Shown here: positions 35,020-48,720 of the stretch, one piece after another
Numbering within the stretch: position 1 is the first letter of the stretch
How the letters are laid out: the number at the start of each line of letters is the position of its first letter
Source: Gracilinanus agilis
Lineage: Eukaryota
Assembly: GCF_016433145.1 (NCBI RefSeq)
Contig: NC_058133.1
Location: 163,057,176-163,121,175 of the forward strand
Direction of reading: 5' to 3'
Length of the DNA: 64,000 nt
Notes under the pieces: generated by a model
Seen by the model: only the letters and a program-made list of their open reading frames with translations
What the model was told of the DNA's origin: nothing
Database searches by the model: none
Position numbers and translations under genes: made by a program

Positions 35020-37390
35020 TATAACCTGTTTTCCTGATGCCAAAGACAAATCTCCTACTTTCACTTCATCATCTAAAATACCAACTCACAGATTCTCTGG
35101 GTTTTAAAGAACCTCAGAAGTCATCTAGTTTAACCCCTGGGGGAACACGAATTCTTAATAGCATTCCTGAAAAGTAGTCATCCAATCATTACTTGAAGAC
35201 TTTCAGTGATAGGGATCTCATTACCCAACAAGTCCATTCCACTTTTGCACATTTCTAATTCTTAGTTTTATTAATGCCCATCCTAAAATATGTGTCCAGA
35301 AGTGAACCCTGTAGTCAAGATGTGATCTGATTAGGGCTCTTTGCCCAGTATACCCAATGCACGTAAAGCCTGATTATAATATCCATCATTCAGGATACTA
35401 ATTCAGGGTAAGAGCTTTTTATTTACACTATTGACTCATAATGAACTTGAATTCCATTAAAACCTTAGATTTTGCACACACACGTATCTTCACCTCTACA
35501 ATTGATTTTTTGAAGCTAGGTATGACTTTAGGCAAGACTTGAACTCATTTCTGTCTGAATCCAAGAATAAGTTCTCTTTTTGCTACTTTGATATCTGCAT
35601 TACCCTCCTGCCCCCTTTATCCTCAACTCTCGCTCCCAAACCCACATTTAAAATTTCACTGCCCCACGTAATTTTCTAGTACTCTAAATTCTAGTTGTAG
35701 GGTAGGTATAGTTCTGCTTTGGTAGGGGGTTAGTTTTCTTATTAGCGATGTCTAATACTAACAAGTCAGGTTAGATATAAATGTGAGCGTAGCTGATTGT
35801 ATTAGATTCAACCAATTTTCATTTCTTTTGTTGGCTGTTGGTTTTATTTGAATCAGAGCTGTGATTTCATAGAGGGCTGCCTAGTGTACCGATAAGTGAT
35901 TGACGTTCGTGAGTCCGCCGCCAAATACAAGTCAGAGATTTGAACCCAGCCTGTTTAGACCTCTTTGGATCCTTTCTTTGTCAGCCTGCCTATTAGCTGT
36001 GGGTCCTAGCCAGTCATCTGCACACCTGTCTATGCTTTCCTTCAAGTCACTGATTAGGAGAAAAAAAAAAAAAAAAAAAAAAGGATGAACAAAATTGGAT
36101 CAACTACACAGACCCTTGGGGGCACTCCAATAGAAAAAACGGACATCGCCCGAGGTTATTATCCTTTTATTAACTTGATAAACTTCCGCCCACTGGGCAG
36201 CTGGCTGGTTGGTTAGTGAGGACATTGTAGGCGTCTCTTTTCCTTCTGCACTGCAGTCTTCAAAGAGACTGGGGTAATGTGATGGGGATGGGGAAGGTAA
36301 AAAAAGAAGAAAAAAAGCTTTGTTTTAGATTCTCCGTTCCTCAGCTGCTAGGAAAGCCAATCATCTGCAAGGTCTTCAGTGAGATCATCCGTTGCTAGGC
36401 AGATTCTACCTCCTTGATGCAGCAGTAATGAAACCAGTTGGCATTTCCCGCCAATTTTGGCTGCTTGGGTTTAGGGAAAAAGAGGAGAGTTGGAGTGGTG
36501 GGGGCAGGAAAAAGGGGATCAGGAAGGGAAGAAGTGGGGAGATAGGAGAGGGTGGGAGGAAGAAGAGGGGGAGGAGAGGATGGACAGGGTGGGCATAAAG
36601 GGAAGGGGAGCAAGGGACATGAAGAGATTGAGGAGAGAGGAGGGAGATCACGGGAGATACAGCAGAGATGAAGTGATAGAAGGCAAGTGAAGGGGGTGAC
36701 GTGACAGGGTGCAGGGGAAGCTGAAGAGAAAGAAGGGGTAGAGGTAGGGTGAAGGGAATAAAAGGGAAGGGGCAGAAATTATAGGAACTGAGGAGAGATG
36801 GGATGGAGATGACAAAACAGGGATTTAGAGGCAGAGGAAAGGACAAAGAGAGAATGAAATATAGGGACAGTGGGGGGAGGGAGAGAGGGAGGTGGGATAG
36901 AGAGACAGAGACCAAGAGAACTGGGACTAGGAGACAAACAGAGAGACAGAGACAGAGAGAGGTTAGGAAAGGACCTGAGTTCCCTCCCCTCGCCCCCATA
37001 AATTTTTTGTCCTAAACCAAATTGATCATTTGTCCTGTTTCTTAAAGTCACCCCAGGAACAGATTATATAAAAGAAGGAGGTAGAGAATGAGGAAGAGAA
37101 GAGAAAGGTCATGGGAGTGGCAAGTGGGCAGACAGAACAATAAAGTGTTCTATGGGCTAAAAACAGGGATAACAGAGAGCAAGTAAGACAAGAAAGAATC
37201 AAGGGCTAGGGGACCGGAAAGGAGGAAAGCAAGAGAGAAAGGCCAATGGGTAGCTTAACTATGGGAAGGAAGGCTAACCTGAAGCCCTGACTCCTTGGAA
37301 CAGAGGAATGGAAGAAGCAAAAAGAAGTTTGGTGAGTGTCTGGGTTTGAAATGTTTTCCCATTTTTGCATCCTTTAAAAACACGGTGCTG

Positions 37391-38045
37391 TTTACTAGGT
37401 TTGTACCCCAAAGAGATAATAATGAAAAATGTTTGTACAAAAATATTCATAGCTGTGCTTTTTGTGATGGCAAAAAAATTGGAAAATGAGGGAGTTTCCT
37501 TCAATTGGGGAATGGCAGAACGAATTGTGGTATATGATGGTGATGGACTACTACTATGCAATAAGGAATGATAAACTGCTTGATTTTCATAGGATCTGGA
37601 AAGACCTCAACAAAATGATGTGGAGTGAAATGAACAGAACCAGGAGAACATGGAACACAGAGACTGAAAATTGTGGGATGATCATATGTAATGGACTTTG
37701 CTACTGATAGCAATGCAATGATCCAGAACAATCTGAGAAAGAATGCTATCTACATAAAGAGAAAGAACTGTGGGAGTAGGAACACAGACGGAAAACATTT
37801 ACTTTTTCACTTGTTTATGTGGGTATTGGATGTGGAGTTTTGGTTTTTAAAAGATTATTACAAAAAGTGAATAATATGGAAATAGGTATTGAGTGATAAT
37901 ACATTTATAACCCAGTGGAACTGCTTGTTAGCTCAGGGAGGGGAGAGGACATGAATCATGTAACCATGGAAAAATACTTAAGTAAAAAACTAAAAAATAA
38001 AATAAAATGTGTCCACATTTTAAAAAAACAAAACAAAACAAAACA
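37391..38045 (+). mobile_element. LINE-1 3' fragment (ORF2 C-terminus, 3'UTR and tail)
   Basis: Frameshifted LLGLYPKEI…CTKIFIAVLFV / PSIGEWQNELWYM…DLNKMMWSEMNRTRRT. A-rich and (CAAAA)n tail; flanks AAAACACGGTGCTG / AAAACAGTGCTG. Confidence 0.92.
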
Positions 38046-38776
38046 AAACAGTGCTGGGCCAAACTGAGGTTTGCCCTAAGGGTCAGGGTAATATTAGAAA
38101 AAATCTAGAGTCATCTCAATATCTGTTTCATACCTTCTAAAACATGAGAGATGAGGGCAATATATTTCCCACTTGCACTTGCTCAGGCTAGAAGGGGTGC
38201 CCTGAGGGACAGTTGGGGGCTTGTATTGATTGGTTTGAATAAGGTGGCTACTTAAAGGACTGGCTTGGTTTGAGGATTTCTTGATGTCCAAATCCTTGTT
38301 TTGAACATCTGGGGAACACAGGCTGTATCCAAGACCAATTGTTTACAAGATATGGATGGTTGTAACCTTGCAGATAAAGTCCAGATTTCTTAGCTTGAAA
38401 CTAAAGACTCTACAATCTATTGTTATCCTACCTTTTTTGGCTTTAACTCAATATCATTCCCAGCTACCCTTTCCCACCAGTACTCCAAGTTCCAGCCAAG
38501 ATAAACTGCTTGACATCCTCTTTTCATATTCCTTGTTTTCCCATCTCCATATGATTGTAAGGACTTTTCCTCCACACCCTGCTCCCTTCACCCCCCATTT
38601 TTTCCTGTTGAAATTCTACAGGATCAGATCAAATGACACTTCTTCCAGGAACTTTTCTCTAATATGAATTCCACTCCCTCCCAAATGCTTTGTATATAAT
38701 AGACACATTAAAAATGCTTGCTGAATTAAATTGTGCTAGATTTTTAAAAATATATGTTAATAGAGTAATTATATAT

Positions 38777-39000
38777 GGCAGCTAGGTGGCCCTAGTGGAT
38801 TATTAGGAGGATCTGAATTCAAGCCCAGCCCTAGATACTTACTAGCTATGTAACCCTGGGTAAGTCACTTAACTTTTTTTGGCCTCAATTCCCTCATCTA
38901 AAAAATGAGCTGCCCAAGGAAATGGCAAAGTACTTCATTATCTTAGAAAAGAAAACTTCAATAGGGTGCCAAAGAGTTGAACTTAACTGAATAACAACAG
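38777..39000 (+). mobile_element. MAR1-type CORE-SINE
   Basis: GGCAGCTAGGTGG head, CORE, and AAGGAAATGGCAAAG…AAGAAAAC…AAGAGTTG…ACTGAATAACAAC tail. Confidence 0.8.
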
Positions 39001-39534
39001 AATCATCAATTGAGCATTCTTCTCCATTTGGGGAGATCTAGCTCCCTAAGGCCCCAGAGAATTTAAGTAACTTTTATGGTCATAAAGATATTAAGTAACA
39101 GCAGAGTTAGGATTTGAACCTAATGTTTTTTTCCACCACATCAGAGTGCAGATCCCATCTTTTTCATCTTTGACCCTATACCCAGTCACTTTTTTCATTG
39201 GGATTTAATGAAATTATTTGTGTCATATTCCTTTTGTTGTAAACTCAACTGGGGAATGGGCTATTACATTTATGATTTGAGGATTATGAAGCACCATCCA
39301 CACAATAATCCCATCATTTAGGCAGTACAGATGTTATCAATTCCATTTTACAAATTAGAAAATGAAACTTCAGAGGTGAACTGACTTGCTTTTGGTCACT
39401 CAGCTTGTACATGCTATATTTATTCATTCAACAAGCATTTATTAAGGACCTTCTGTGTTTAAATCACAACTAAGACTGGATTCTGAGTCTCCAGACACTA
39501 AACTCAATGCTCTCTTTCCATTATCCTACCCTCA

Positions 39535-39700
39535 CTTTTTTTTTTAAACTCTTAACTTTTATTATAGAATCCATAAGCATCCACTCTAAAGCAGAAGGGC
39601 TAAGCAATCCTGGTTAAGTGATCTCTGGGTCACACGGCTAAGAAGGTTTTGAGGTCACATTTGAACTCACCACTGGCATGGCACTCCACCCACTGAGCCC
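39535..39700 (-). mobile_element. Older didelphid SINE
   Basis: T tail, CTCTAAAGCAGAAGGGCTAAGCAA, GGTTAAGTGA…GGGTCACACGGCT, TTTGAACTC box-B remnant. Confidence 0.65.
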
Positions 39701-42700
39701 CATCCCCAACTTTTCAAACTTCTAGTGTTTGATACATAGCAGGTACTTTATAAAAATTTGCTTTTTGTGACTAGTTAAAATAGTGTATTTTGGGTTATGT
39801 GAATAATATACCCTTTTGAACATCACTTATGTGTGGATCAAGACCTGTGATTACTCAATGAGATAATATTTATAAAGCCCCTAGCACAGTGTATGATGGT
39901 ACATAGTAGACACATATAAATGCTAGTTATTATTATTAGCATTGTTTTATCAAAGTAGAGAATTCCCAGTTGAGAAGCTCCCTGGAGGGAGCCACATCTC
40001 TATTTTAATAATGTATGAAAGTTGTCTGGTGCACTAAGAGATTAAATGACTTGCCCACATGGATAATGTATGTGTTAAAAGTAGCACTTGAACTCGGGTT
40101 TTCTTGACTCTAAGGCCAGCTTTTTATTCATTTTGACTAACTGCCTTTTATAGCAAATGTTTAGTCCCAGGCTGGGTTGCCTCCAGCATATTCCTCCTCC
40201 CCTACTTTAGTCCTCCAGAAATGGAAATTCATTTTAATATTAATCTAAGCAAGACATAATTAGAAAGGTGAATCTTCAGCAAAACAAAAACAAAACCCAT
40301 AGTGCATTCTAGAGTCAAGTATAAATTAACTTTTGGACTTTACGTAGGATATGGATGGATGTCGATTGTATCACAATCACCCACAAACATTTATTTAGTA
40401 AGCACTAGCAGTGGGCAGGGATTTGTGCTAAGATATAGAATGGACTATATTCTTTTTAATCATCTGGATTTATTCTCCTCTCGTCTCTTCTTTTCATCTT
40501 CTTTCCACCTCTTTTTTTCTTCTTCCCATCTGCTCATCTAACCTGTCCTCCCTCTCTTCCTCTATGTCTTAACTCCTGGCTGTCTCCTCTATGTGCCAAG
40601 CGAGTATGGTGATGTGGAGATTCTTTAAAAATCTGACAGCTGTGATGTTTATTGGCTCAGGAAGGGACAGTCTAGGTCTGCTCTTGGTGTGCGTGCAATA
40701 TTTTAAGAAACTATGAGATTTGTTTTGAGGGAGAATATAGGGCAGGCAATTGTACAGTCTATTCCTACACTTGCAAAATATTTCTTAAGTTTGCTTCTTC
40801 TATCTCACCTTTGAGAACTCCCAACTACTTGTCTGTATTCTGTCTCTTAAGAGGAAAACATACACTCTCAATCTCTCTCCCTCTCCCTCTCTCTCTCTCC
40901 CTCCCTGTCTCAGTCTCNNNNNNNNNNNNNNNNNNNNNNNNNNNNNNNNNNNNNNNNNNNNNNNNNNNNNNNNNNNNNNNNNNNNNNNNNNNNNNNNNNN
41001 NNNNNNNNNNNNNNNNNNNNNNNNNNNNNNNNNNNNNNNNNNNNNNNNNNNNNNNNNNNNNNNNNNNNNNNNNNNNNCCTTCTCTCTTTTCTTCTCTTCT
41101 TCTTTCCTTTCCTGTCTCCTTCCCTCCCTCTCATTTCTCTCCCTTTTCACATGTCTCATCACTTTCCTTTCCCCCTGCCTTCCCCNNNNNNNNNNNNNNN
41201 NNNNNNNNNNNNNNNNNNNNNNNNNNNNNNNNNNNNNNNNNNNNNNNNNNNNNNNNNNNNNNNNNNNNNNNNNNNNNNNNNNNNNNNNNNNNNNNNNNNN
41301 NNNNNNNNNNNNNNNNNNNNNNNNNNNNNNNNNNNNNNNNNNNNNNNNNNNNNNNNNNNNNNNNNNNNNNNNNNNNNNNNNNNNNNNNNNNNNNNNNNNN
41401 NNNNNNNNNNNNNNNNNNNNNNNNNNNNNNNNNNNNNNNNNNNNNNNNNNNNNNNTAGTTTCATGACAATCATCCTGAATTGAGGGTTCCCCCTGAGTCT
41501 TCAGCTACCTGCACTGCCCTCTTCTGGTAGGGTGTGGTATGAGCCCTTTATTCCACTAGAAAATGGATCTTTCAGAATTTCAGCATAGCTAAGAGCTGGA
41601 AGGACCCACAAAGAATCCCCCTCTACTAATGTATCTGACAAAATAGTCACCGAACTTTTAAAAAAATTTCTAGTGAACAAGGACTCACTAACTTCTGAAG
41701 CAGGATAATTCTAGTTTTAAATCTACATCTGTAAATTCCACTCATTGCTCCTAATTCTGCCCTCTGCAGTCAAGCAGAACAAGCTAATCCCTTTTCCCTG
41801 AGATAGCCATTCCAATAAGTGGAGGCAGTTATCATGTCACTGCATCTTCTCTTCTCCAGGCTAACCATCCCTTTAACTATTTTTCATATGACATGAACAT
41901 GAGACCTTTTACTATTCTAGTCATCCTTTATGTGCTCTCTAGATTATCAATGTCCTACTTAAAATATGGGTTCAGAATAATAAAAATAACTAGCATTTAT
42001 GGCATAAACCCTAAAACCTTCACTCTAAGGATTGTAGAGCCCTTTGCAAATATTTCATTCTGTCATCACAACAAAGCTGAGATGATAAGTGCTATTATTA
42101 TCCTTATTTTACAGATAAGGAAACTGAGGAAGATCAAGGTTAATGAACTTGCTCAGGGCCACTCAGCTAGTGTCTGAGGCAGGATTAGAATTCAGGGCTT
42201 CCTGACTCCCAGGTTCAGCTTTCTATCTATTTGGGCCACCTGACTCCTGAATGCAATATTACAAATGTCATTTAACTAAAGATGAGTACAGTGGGATTAT
42301 TACTTTCCTAGTCCTAAGTACTCTGCACTTTTCTTAACTTAGTCTAACCAAGCTTTCATGTCTGCAATGTCACATTCTTGATTCGTGTTCAGCTTGCAAT
42401 CCACTCAGACTCCCAGACGGTTCTTAGACAATATGATGTTTAGATGTCCTTCCTCATCTTATATTTGTGAAGTGGATAACTTTCACGTTTTTCTTATATT
42501 TCATTTTCTTAGATTGGACCAAATTCTCTGGCCTTAAATGGTGGGGAAAGGGATTTGTACTCATTTAGTTACATTTTTATATTACTGTGCCCAGGGACCT
42601 TTAATTTTTAAGCTTTAAGCAAACAGGTACACATTCCACTTGTAAACTTTCCTTGGCCTGGTAAGACCCTATCCCCATATGTACTTACTGACATGCGACC

Positions 42701-43589
42701 ATCCTTAAAAGCCCCTTGAGGAAGCTGTCCCTGGTCACCAATTAGAAATAAATCATTGCTTCGAATCTTCTGAGAGAGTATTATACTCTTCTAAACACCT
42801 CATTATAGTCTAATTTGCATCATATTTATCTTTGTACCCTTATTCGATTATAAACTTTTTGGAGATCAAGGACTTCTCTTTTTATCTATCTCTTCTTTTT
42901 TTTACCCTAATTTAACACAATGTAAAGCATAGAAGAGTTAATAAATGTGTGCTGAATAAATAAATACTTCACATACCCTGAAGAACCCTAGAAAGGTAAG
43001 GATCCTTAATTAAAGAAGGAACAAAATTCTCAGTTTTAAAAATCATCATATTACAGCTAAAACTAAAAGGTTTAATGCTATCTTGTGGTTAGCCTTTTGT
43101 TCTCTAGGGGGCCTTTTAATTACAGGTTTATTTCATTAGGGGTTCTTGCCTTTTTAGGGTTTTTATAAAGGGCACAGCAGCTCTTATAGTAGCTCCACTG
43201 ATTTCTCCCTGACTGATTGTTCAGATTAAAGGGTCATGAGGTGGTTGCCAGAGGTGGTAACTAGCATTATGGTCTCTAGAAAATTTGCTGACATGTCTCT
43301 TTAAATCATATAGAAAGGCACCATCAGATTTTCGTTTAAAGGTAGAGCTAATAATTTGTTTTGGATTGTTTTAAATGTATTTCACCAGGAAGGTCATTGG
43401 AGAGTACCAATACAGCCCTTGGTTTCTTTCAGCTGTTGAATTCCTCCCCAGGACACCCCCTCTCTCTCCCTACCCCCACTTTCCCTTTATAAGACTGTGT
43501 CTCCCTATGTCTCCCTGGCTGGAATTGCAGCAGTCACTCAAGGACTTAATTTTGTGACTGATCATCCTGGACACTTCAACCCACTTTAT

Positions 43590-43783
43590 TTTATACTGGG
43601 TTAGTTTGCTAGATGGAGTCTCCCTTATCCCCTCACCCTCTTACCTGGGGGCTCAACACTTTGGTGCTAGACAACTAATTGGCTTTAACCCTATTTAAGT
43701 TCAGACTCCCAAGCTTTAGGGATCCATCAGCCTCAGCCTTTACCAGTAGCAAGGAGTAATAGGCATGTACTACTATGTCCAGC
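43590..43783 (-). mobile_element. 7SL (SRP RNA)-derived retrocopy, internally deleted (P7SL_MD-like)
   Basis: Minus strand GCTGGACATAGTAGTACATGCCTATTACTCC…GCTACT…AGGCTGAGGCTGATGGATCCCTAAAGCTTGGGAGT aligns to the 7SL 5' Alu domain and ends GGGAGACTCCATCT plus an A-rich tail. Confidence 0.75.
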
Positions 43784-46700
43784 ACTGTTTCTCATTTGAA
43801 GGATTATAATGCAAAAGACTTTGGGAACATGCTTAGGGACAGCGTACCTCTATGTGGAAGTGGGATCATAAAGCTAAGGACATCAGAAGCCATTTAGTCT
43901 ACCCTCCCCTAATTTACAGATGAAGAAACTAAGGTCCTGGAAGGTTTAAATGATTTGCCTAAGGTCACATAAGAACAGGATTGAGCTCAGAACCTTTAAT
44001 TTCATAGCCAGAAGAACTTTCCGTTGCACCATTTGGAACTATGTGCTTTATGTCTCTGTCTGTCTCTTCCCTGCTCCCTCCATCCCCCACATTCTCTGTC
44101 CTTCTCCTTCTCCCTCTGTCTCTCTCTCTCTCTCCTTGTATCTTTTTGTTCACTCTGTTTATCTCTCTATAACTACAGACTAGCCTTGGCACTGCTTGAT
44201 AAAATAGTCTCACTTACACAATTCGTTGTTGAGAATCAGGTTTACTGAAAAATAGGTGATGCTGATGCTGATGTCAATGATGATGATAATGATGATGATG
44301 GTGGTGATTGCAATGATGATTCAGCATTTCTTAATACCTTATTAACAGAATCTTCTATCTACTTGTTATTCGTCACGACTACCCCGACAGGTGGGTGAGC
44401 AGTATTATCTCTTAAGAAAGAAAGGTGATGGGGGCTGAGGCTCAGAATAGAGAAGGGGCCCTTCTTTTAGATCTCACACCCCCACTCTGACTGGTACAGT
44501 GTTAGATGCTCCTTGCCCAGATGATTTCATTTTCTTTTCTGACCTCAACTTCTTAAGATACTTCTAAACTCACGAAGTGAGAGAAGTAGTCATGGCAAAA
44601 TCAGGATTAGGACTGATCCTCAGGTCTTTTAGTTTTTTGCTTATTCTTTAAAATTTTGAGAATAAATTTAGAGTGACTCTAAATCAAGCATCTCTTTGCC
44701 TCTTGTCCTTCTTCTTTGTCAACCTCCTGTCATCATATTTGGGAGATAGGGCTCAACCTATTCTCCATCTTATTCTGCAAGCACTGATTGAGGAGATTAT
44801 TTGTAGATTGATGGGGATGAGACAGTCCTTAGCAATCATAGTGGCTTCAGCTATCTTTAAGGATGCCAGATTGGTGTAATGAGAAAGGCATGAGATTAGG
44901 AGTCAACTGACTTCTAATTCTGGCTGGACTATTTATATATCTATATATATAGGTATATACATACATATATACATAATCTATCAGTCTATCTGTCAAAAGC
45001 ACCTGGAAAAATCATTAATCACTTTGTACTTCCATTTCTTCTTCTGAAAAATGAGGGGACTAAACTGGATAATCTCTCATAAACCTTTTAGCTCTAAATC
45101 TATTATCATAGGTACTGTCTGGACCAGAGGATTTCCCTATACAATAAATGGTCTTCAGCTACTCTAAGTCAACTACATGTGGTGTCAATGTATACTATTT
45201 CATAAATCTTCCCCTAACAGTGCTTAGTACCAAAATAGTCTCCCTGTCCCTTGCTACCCCCATCTTCTTATCTCCTTCCTCCATTTCCAGGTATCCCACG
45301 CATATAGTTTCCCAAATGAAAAGTCAGCTCTATATGAAAAAGAGAGTCATTTTGCCACCTGGGATCTTCTGTCTTTCCACTTGCATTTCCATCCATTCAT
45401 GTTTTCCTTTGGGGATATGCTTCTCTTCCCTCATAGGCAGCAGGATCTCCTAAAGGATCTCCTTATTTCAACTCAGATGTGCTTCAGCTCACACACGTTT
45501 CAATATCGTCATGCTCCAGTTGCCAGCCTCCCTGACCCAAGCTCCCTTCTCTCTGTTCCCCTGTCTAACTGGGATGCTAGGTCTTCCTCCCTCTTGTTTC
45601 CTCCTCCTTCTCTACACTCAGATGCTCTCTGATTCTCTACCCCCAGCTTTATCTTTTTCTCAATGTCTCCTAAGATTCTCTGGGACCTGAAATTCTATTC
45701 TCTCTCCTCCCTGCATCTGGGAGCCATTGTAGGTTTCTGTGGCTGGTAAATAGGGGTAATGCTTTCAGTACTTCACTGTTAAGTTCTAGGTTTGTGGTTT
45801 GCCCTAAACCTGACGTAGCACAGAGCTCTATAAACCTCTAGGTTTGTTCTAGCCTTCCTGTACTGTGCATGCTTGTAACAACTTAATAAAAACAGACTTG
45901 TGGAATGATGCCTACCTTCCTCTTCCTCACACCAGAAATCAGAAATTAATTTAGCTGTAGGGGTACAGAACTTATACTGGGCCACATCATATTCCCAGGT
46001 TATCCCAGAACCAAGGAGAGGAAACAGGGAAGAGGAAGGAAATAAGCATTTATCTAGCACACACTATGTGTTAGGCAGTGTACTAATTTCTTTTTTAAAA
46101 TACTATTTTATTTGATCGTCATCACAACCCTGCAAGGCAGGTACTCTTATTATTCCCATTTTACAGTTGGGGAAACTGAGGCAAACAGATTTAAGCAATT
46201 TGCCCAAGATCACACAGTTAGTAAGTGTGTAAGGTCAAATTTGAACTCAGGTCTTCCAGCCTCTAGGCCCAACATTCTATCCACTATTTCACCAATTGTC
46301 TCTAATATTGATCAAATACTCTAATACTCTGGCATCACATTATTAGACAGCTACCAGTGCACCAAAGACAGACAGAATACCAGCATCTCAACATTAAAGG
46401 GAACCCCATAGGCCATCTGGTCCAACCTGTACAGATTAGGAATCTTTTCTCCAACACACCTGACAAGTGGTCTTCCAGCCTGTGTTTGAAGCCCCTTAGT
46501 GAAGACAGATTTGCTGTCTCCTAAGGCAGTTCATTCCACTTTTGAATAGGTCTAATAGGAATTTTTTTTCAAGTTCCAAACCAAAATCTGCCATAATACA
46601 ACTTCCTTCTATTGCTCTAAGTTTTGCCCTTTGGCATATAATCTATACTCCAAACCTATAAATCATCTCTTCCCTTAATCCGAGTCTCACTTACCTCTAG

Positions 46701-47039
46701 CAGATCTTTGAACACAAACCCTCTTGTTCATCTATTGCCAAGATTTCAGAGCTCCCCTCTGGACTCATTTTACTCACTCCTCTCCTTTTTTTCTGATCCC
46801 CATCCCCGCATGGGGAAGAACATCACGATCATCCCTTCATTCAGTTTACTTCAACACAGGTTTTAAGTGACTAATCTACACTGGTAGGTAGGAAAAGAGG
46901 GGGGATTTTTCATTGAATGTTCTGTACACTAACAGGTTGATACCTCTATCACCCCCTTCAGCCCCACACCAAATTGGAGTATTTTGCTATCCTACACAAG
47001 TTTTGGATTACAAAAATGAAATCAGATAGTGATTCTCTG

Positions 47040-47720
47040 ACCTCAAAGTTTACAATCTAGTATGAGCAATATGACCTGCACACAACTCTGATACAAATTA
47101 GACAATCAGTGCGAAGAAAAAAATCTATACATGATTCTAGGGAAATTTTGAGGAGAAAAAGATCATTTCTACCTGGTGGAGGCATTGGGGCTTCATAGAG
47201 GAAGTGGAAACTGAGTAGAGGCTTGAAAGGAAGGAAGGATTTCAATAGGTAGAATGGCAGGTGGAATTTATTTCAGGCATCTGAAGACAGTGTAAACAAA
47301 GGCTCCAAAAAGAAGGCAGAATGAGAATGGAAGGAGGCAGCTTGGTAGGAACACAGAGTGTGTAAAGAGGAGTACTCTGAATTAAGGCTGGAGGAGTGGG
47401 TTGGAGCCTGATTTTAGAGGTCTCATGAGTTTTTACTTTGTTCTATAAGCAAATGGAGAGCGATTACTTAGCAATGATATGAAAGATGGATTGGAGTAGG
47501 GAGAGCTAGAGGCAGGAAGACCAGGAGGCTATTTGCAGTAGACCAAAGAGAGAGGTAATGAGAGCCTGGACTGAGGTGGAGGCAGTAGGAGTAAGAAAGA
47601 AGGAGAATCTTCTAAATATTTTGGGGGTGGATTTGGCAGGACCCAGCAAGTAATGGAATGAGGGAGGCAAAGTCAAAGTAAGAGTCAAAGATGACTCAGG
47701 TTTCAAGCTTGGAATAAGGA
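47040..47720 (-). mobile_element. L2 LINE fragment
   Basis: TASTSVQALITS resembles L2 ATTLVQALITSRLDY; continuous degraded L2 3' region. Confidence 0.75.
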
Positions 47721-48239
47721 TAATGATGCAATCATTGATTTGGAAACAAAAGACATTTTAGATGCCATCTAGTACAATACCCTCCTCTTACAGATGAGGT
47801 GAAATAGTTTGTCCAAAGCCAACCAGCTGGTGGCAAAAGCAGGATTTGAACCCATGTCCTTTGATTCCAAGGCCAGTGTACTTTTTCCCCTCTGTACCAC
47901 ATAACCTCTTGTCAGCAGAAACAGAAGTTAGGAAAAGGGTCAGCTTTGCATGGGAAGGTAAGTTCTGTTTTGTACCTTTTACCACAAACTATAGTGTCTG
48001 ATTTCTAAGTTCATAAGTGATGGAAATAGCTAGAGTGATTTCATCCCTCATGTTCCCAAACCACTACTTTCTTTGGAAGGCCATAACAAAAAGTGTTGTA
48101 GGGTATGGTGGATCTTCTATGCCTTGGGAGTTTAATTTTGAAGATTTCAGCTCCTGCAGAGGAAGAGGTCAAAGAGCAAAGCAGTCCCTGTATCTTTAGG
48201 AACTAGGGTGCATGAGAAAGAAAAAATTTGTATGAGTAG

Positions 48240-48720
48240 AGATAGAGAATTATTTCAGTTATTTCAGAGAGCGAGAGAGAAAAAGAGAGAGCCAGACATA
48301 CAGAAAAAGAGAAACATAGAGATGGGATAGAGACAGAGACAAAGAGTCAAAAAGGGAGACTGAGAGACAAAAATAGAAAAAGACAGATGGAGAGAGAAAA
48401 AGATAGAAAGAGAGAGAGAGCAATCTAGAGACAGACAGATAGACAGAACAGAGGCAGAAATAGAGAAACAAAAATAGAGGGACAATGACAGAGATAGGCA
48501 AAGAAAGAGTTAGGGATAAAGAAAGAAAGGGAAAGAGATGCAAACAGACATCAGAAAGAGAAAGAGAGATAGTGAACTGGGATAGAGACAGACAGAGTCA
48601 GAGACAGAGATAGAAAAACAGTCAGACTGAGAGATAGAGAGGGAGAGAGAGGCAGTCAGACAAAAGAGAGATCAAGAGAAAGACAGAGAAAAAGACAGGG
48701 ATAGAAAGGCAGAGAGCTAT
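48240..48720. repeat. GA-rich low-complexity tract (degenerate AG/AGAC repeats)
   Basis: Almost pure purine on plus for about 480 bp. Similar purine tracts at 17100-17800 and 36470-36970. Confidence 0.9.

Noticed and set aside
36406-37051. 197-aa Leu/Ser/Pro-rich hydrophobic ORF that looks membrane-like
   Set aside because: Translation of a CT-rich low-complexity tract; the same applies to 17554-17865 beyond codon 7, 22544-22975 and 48259-48543.
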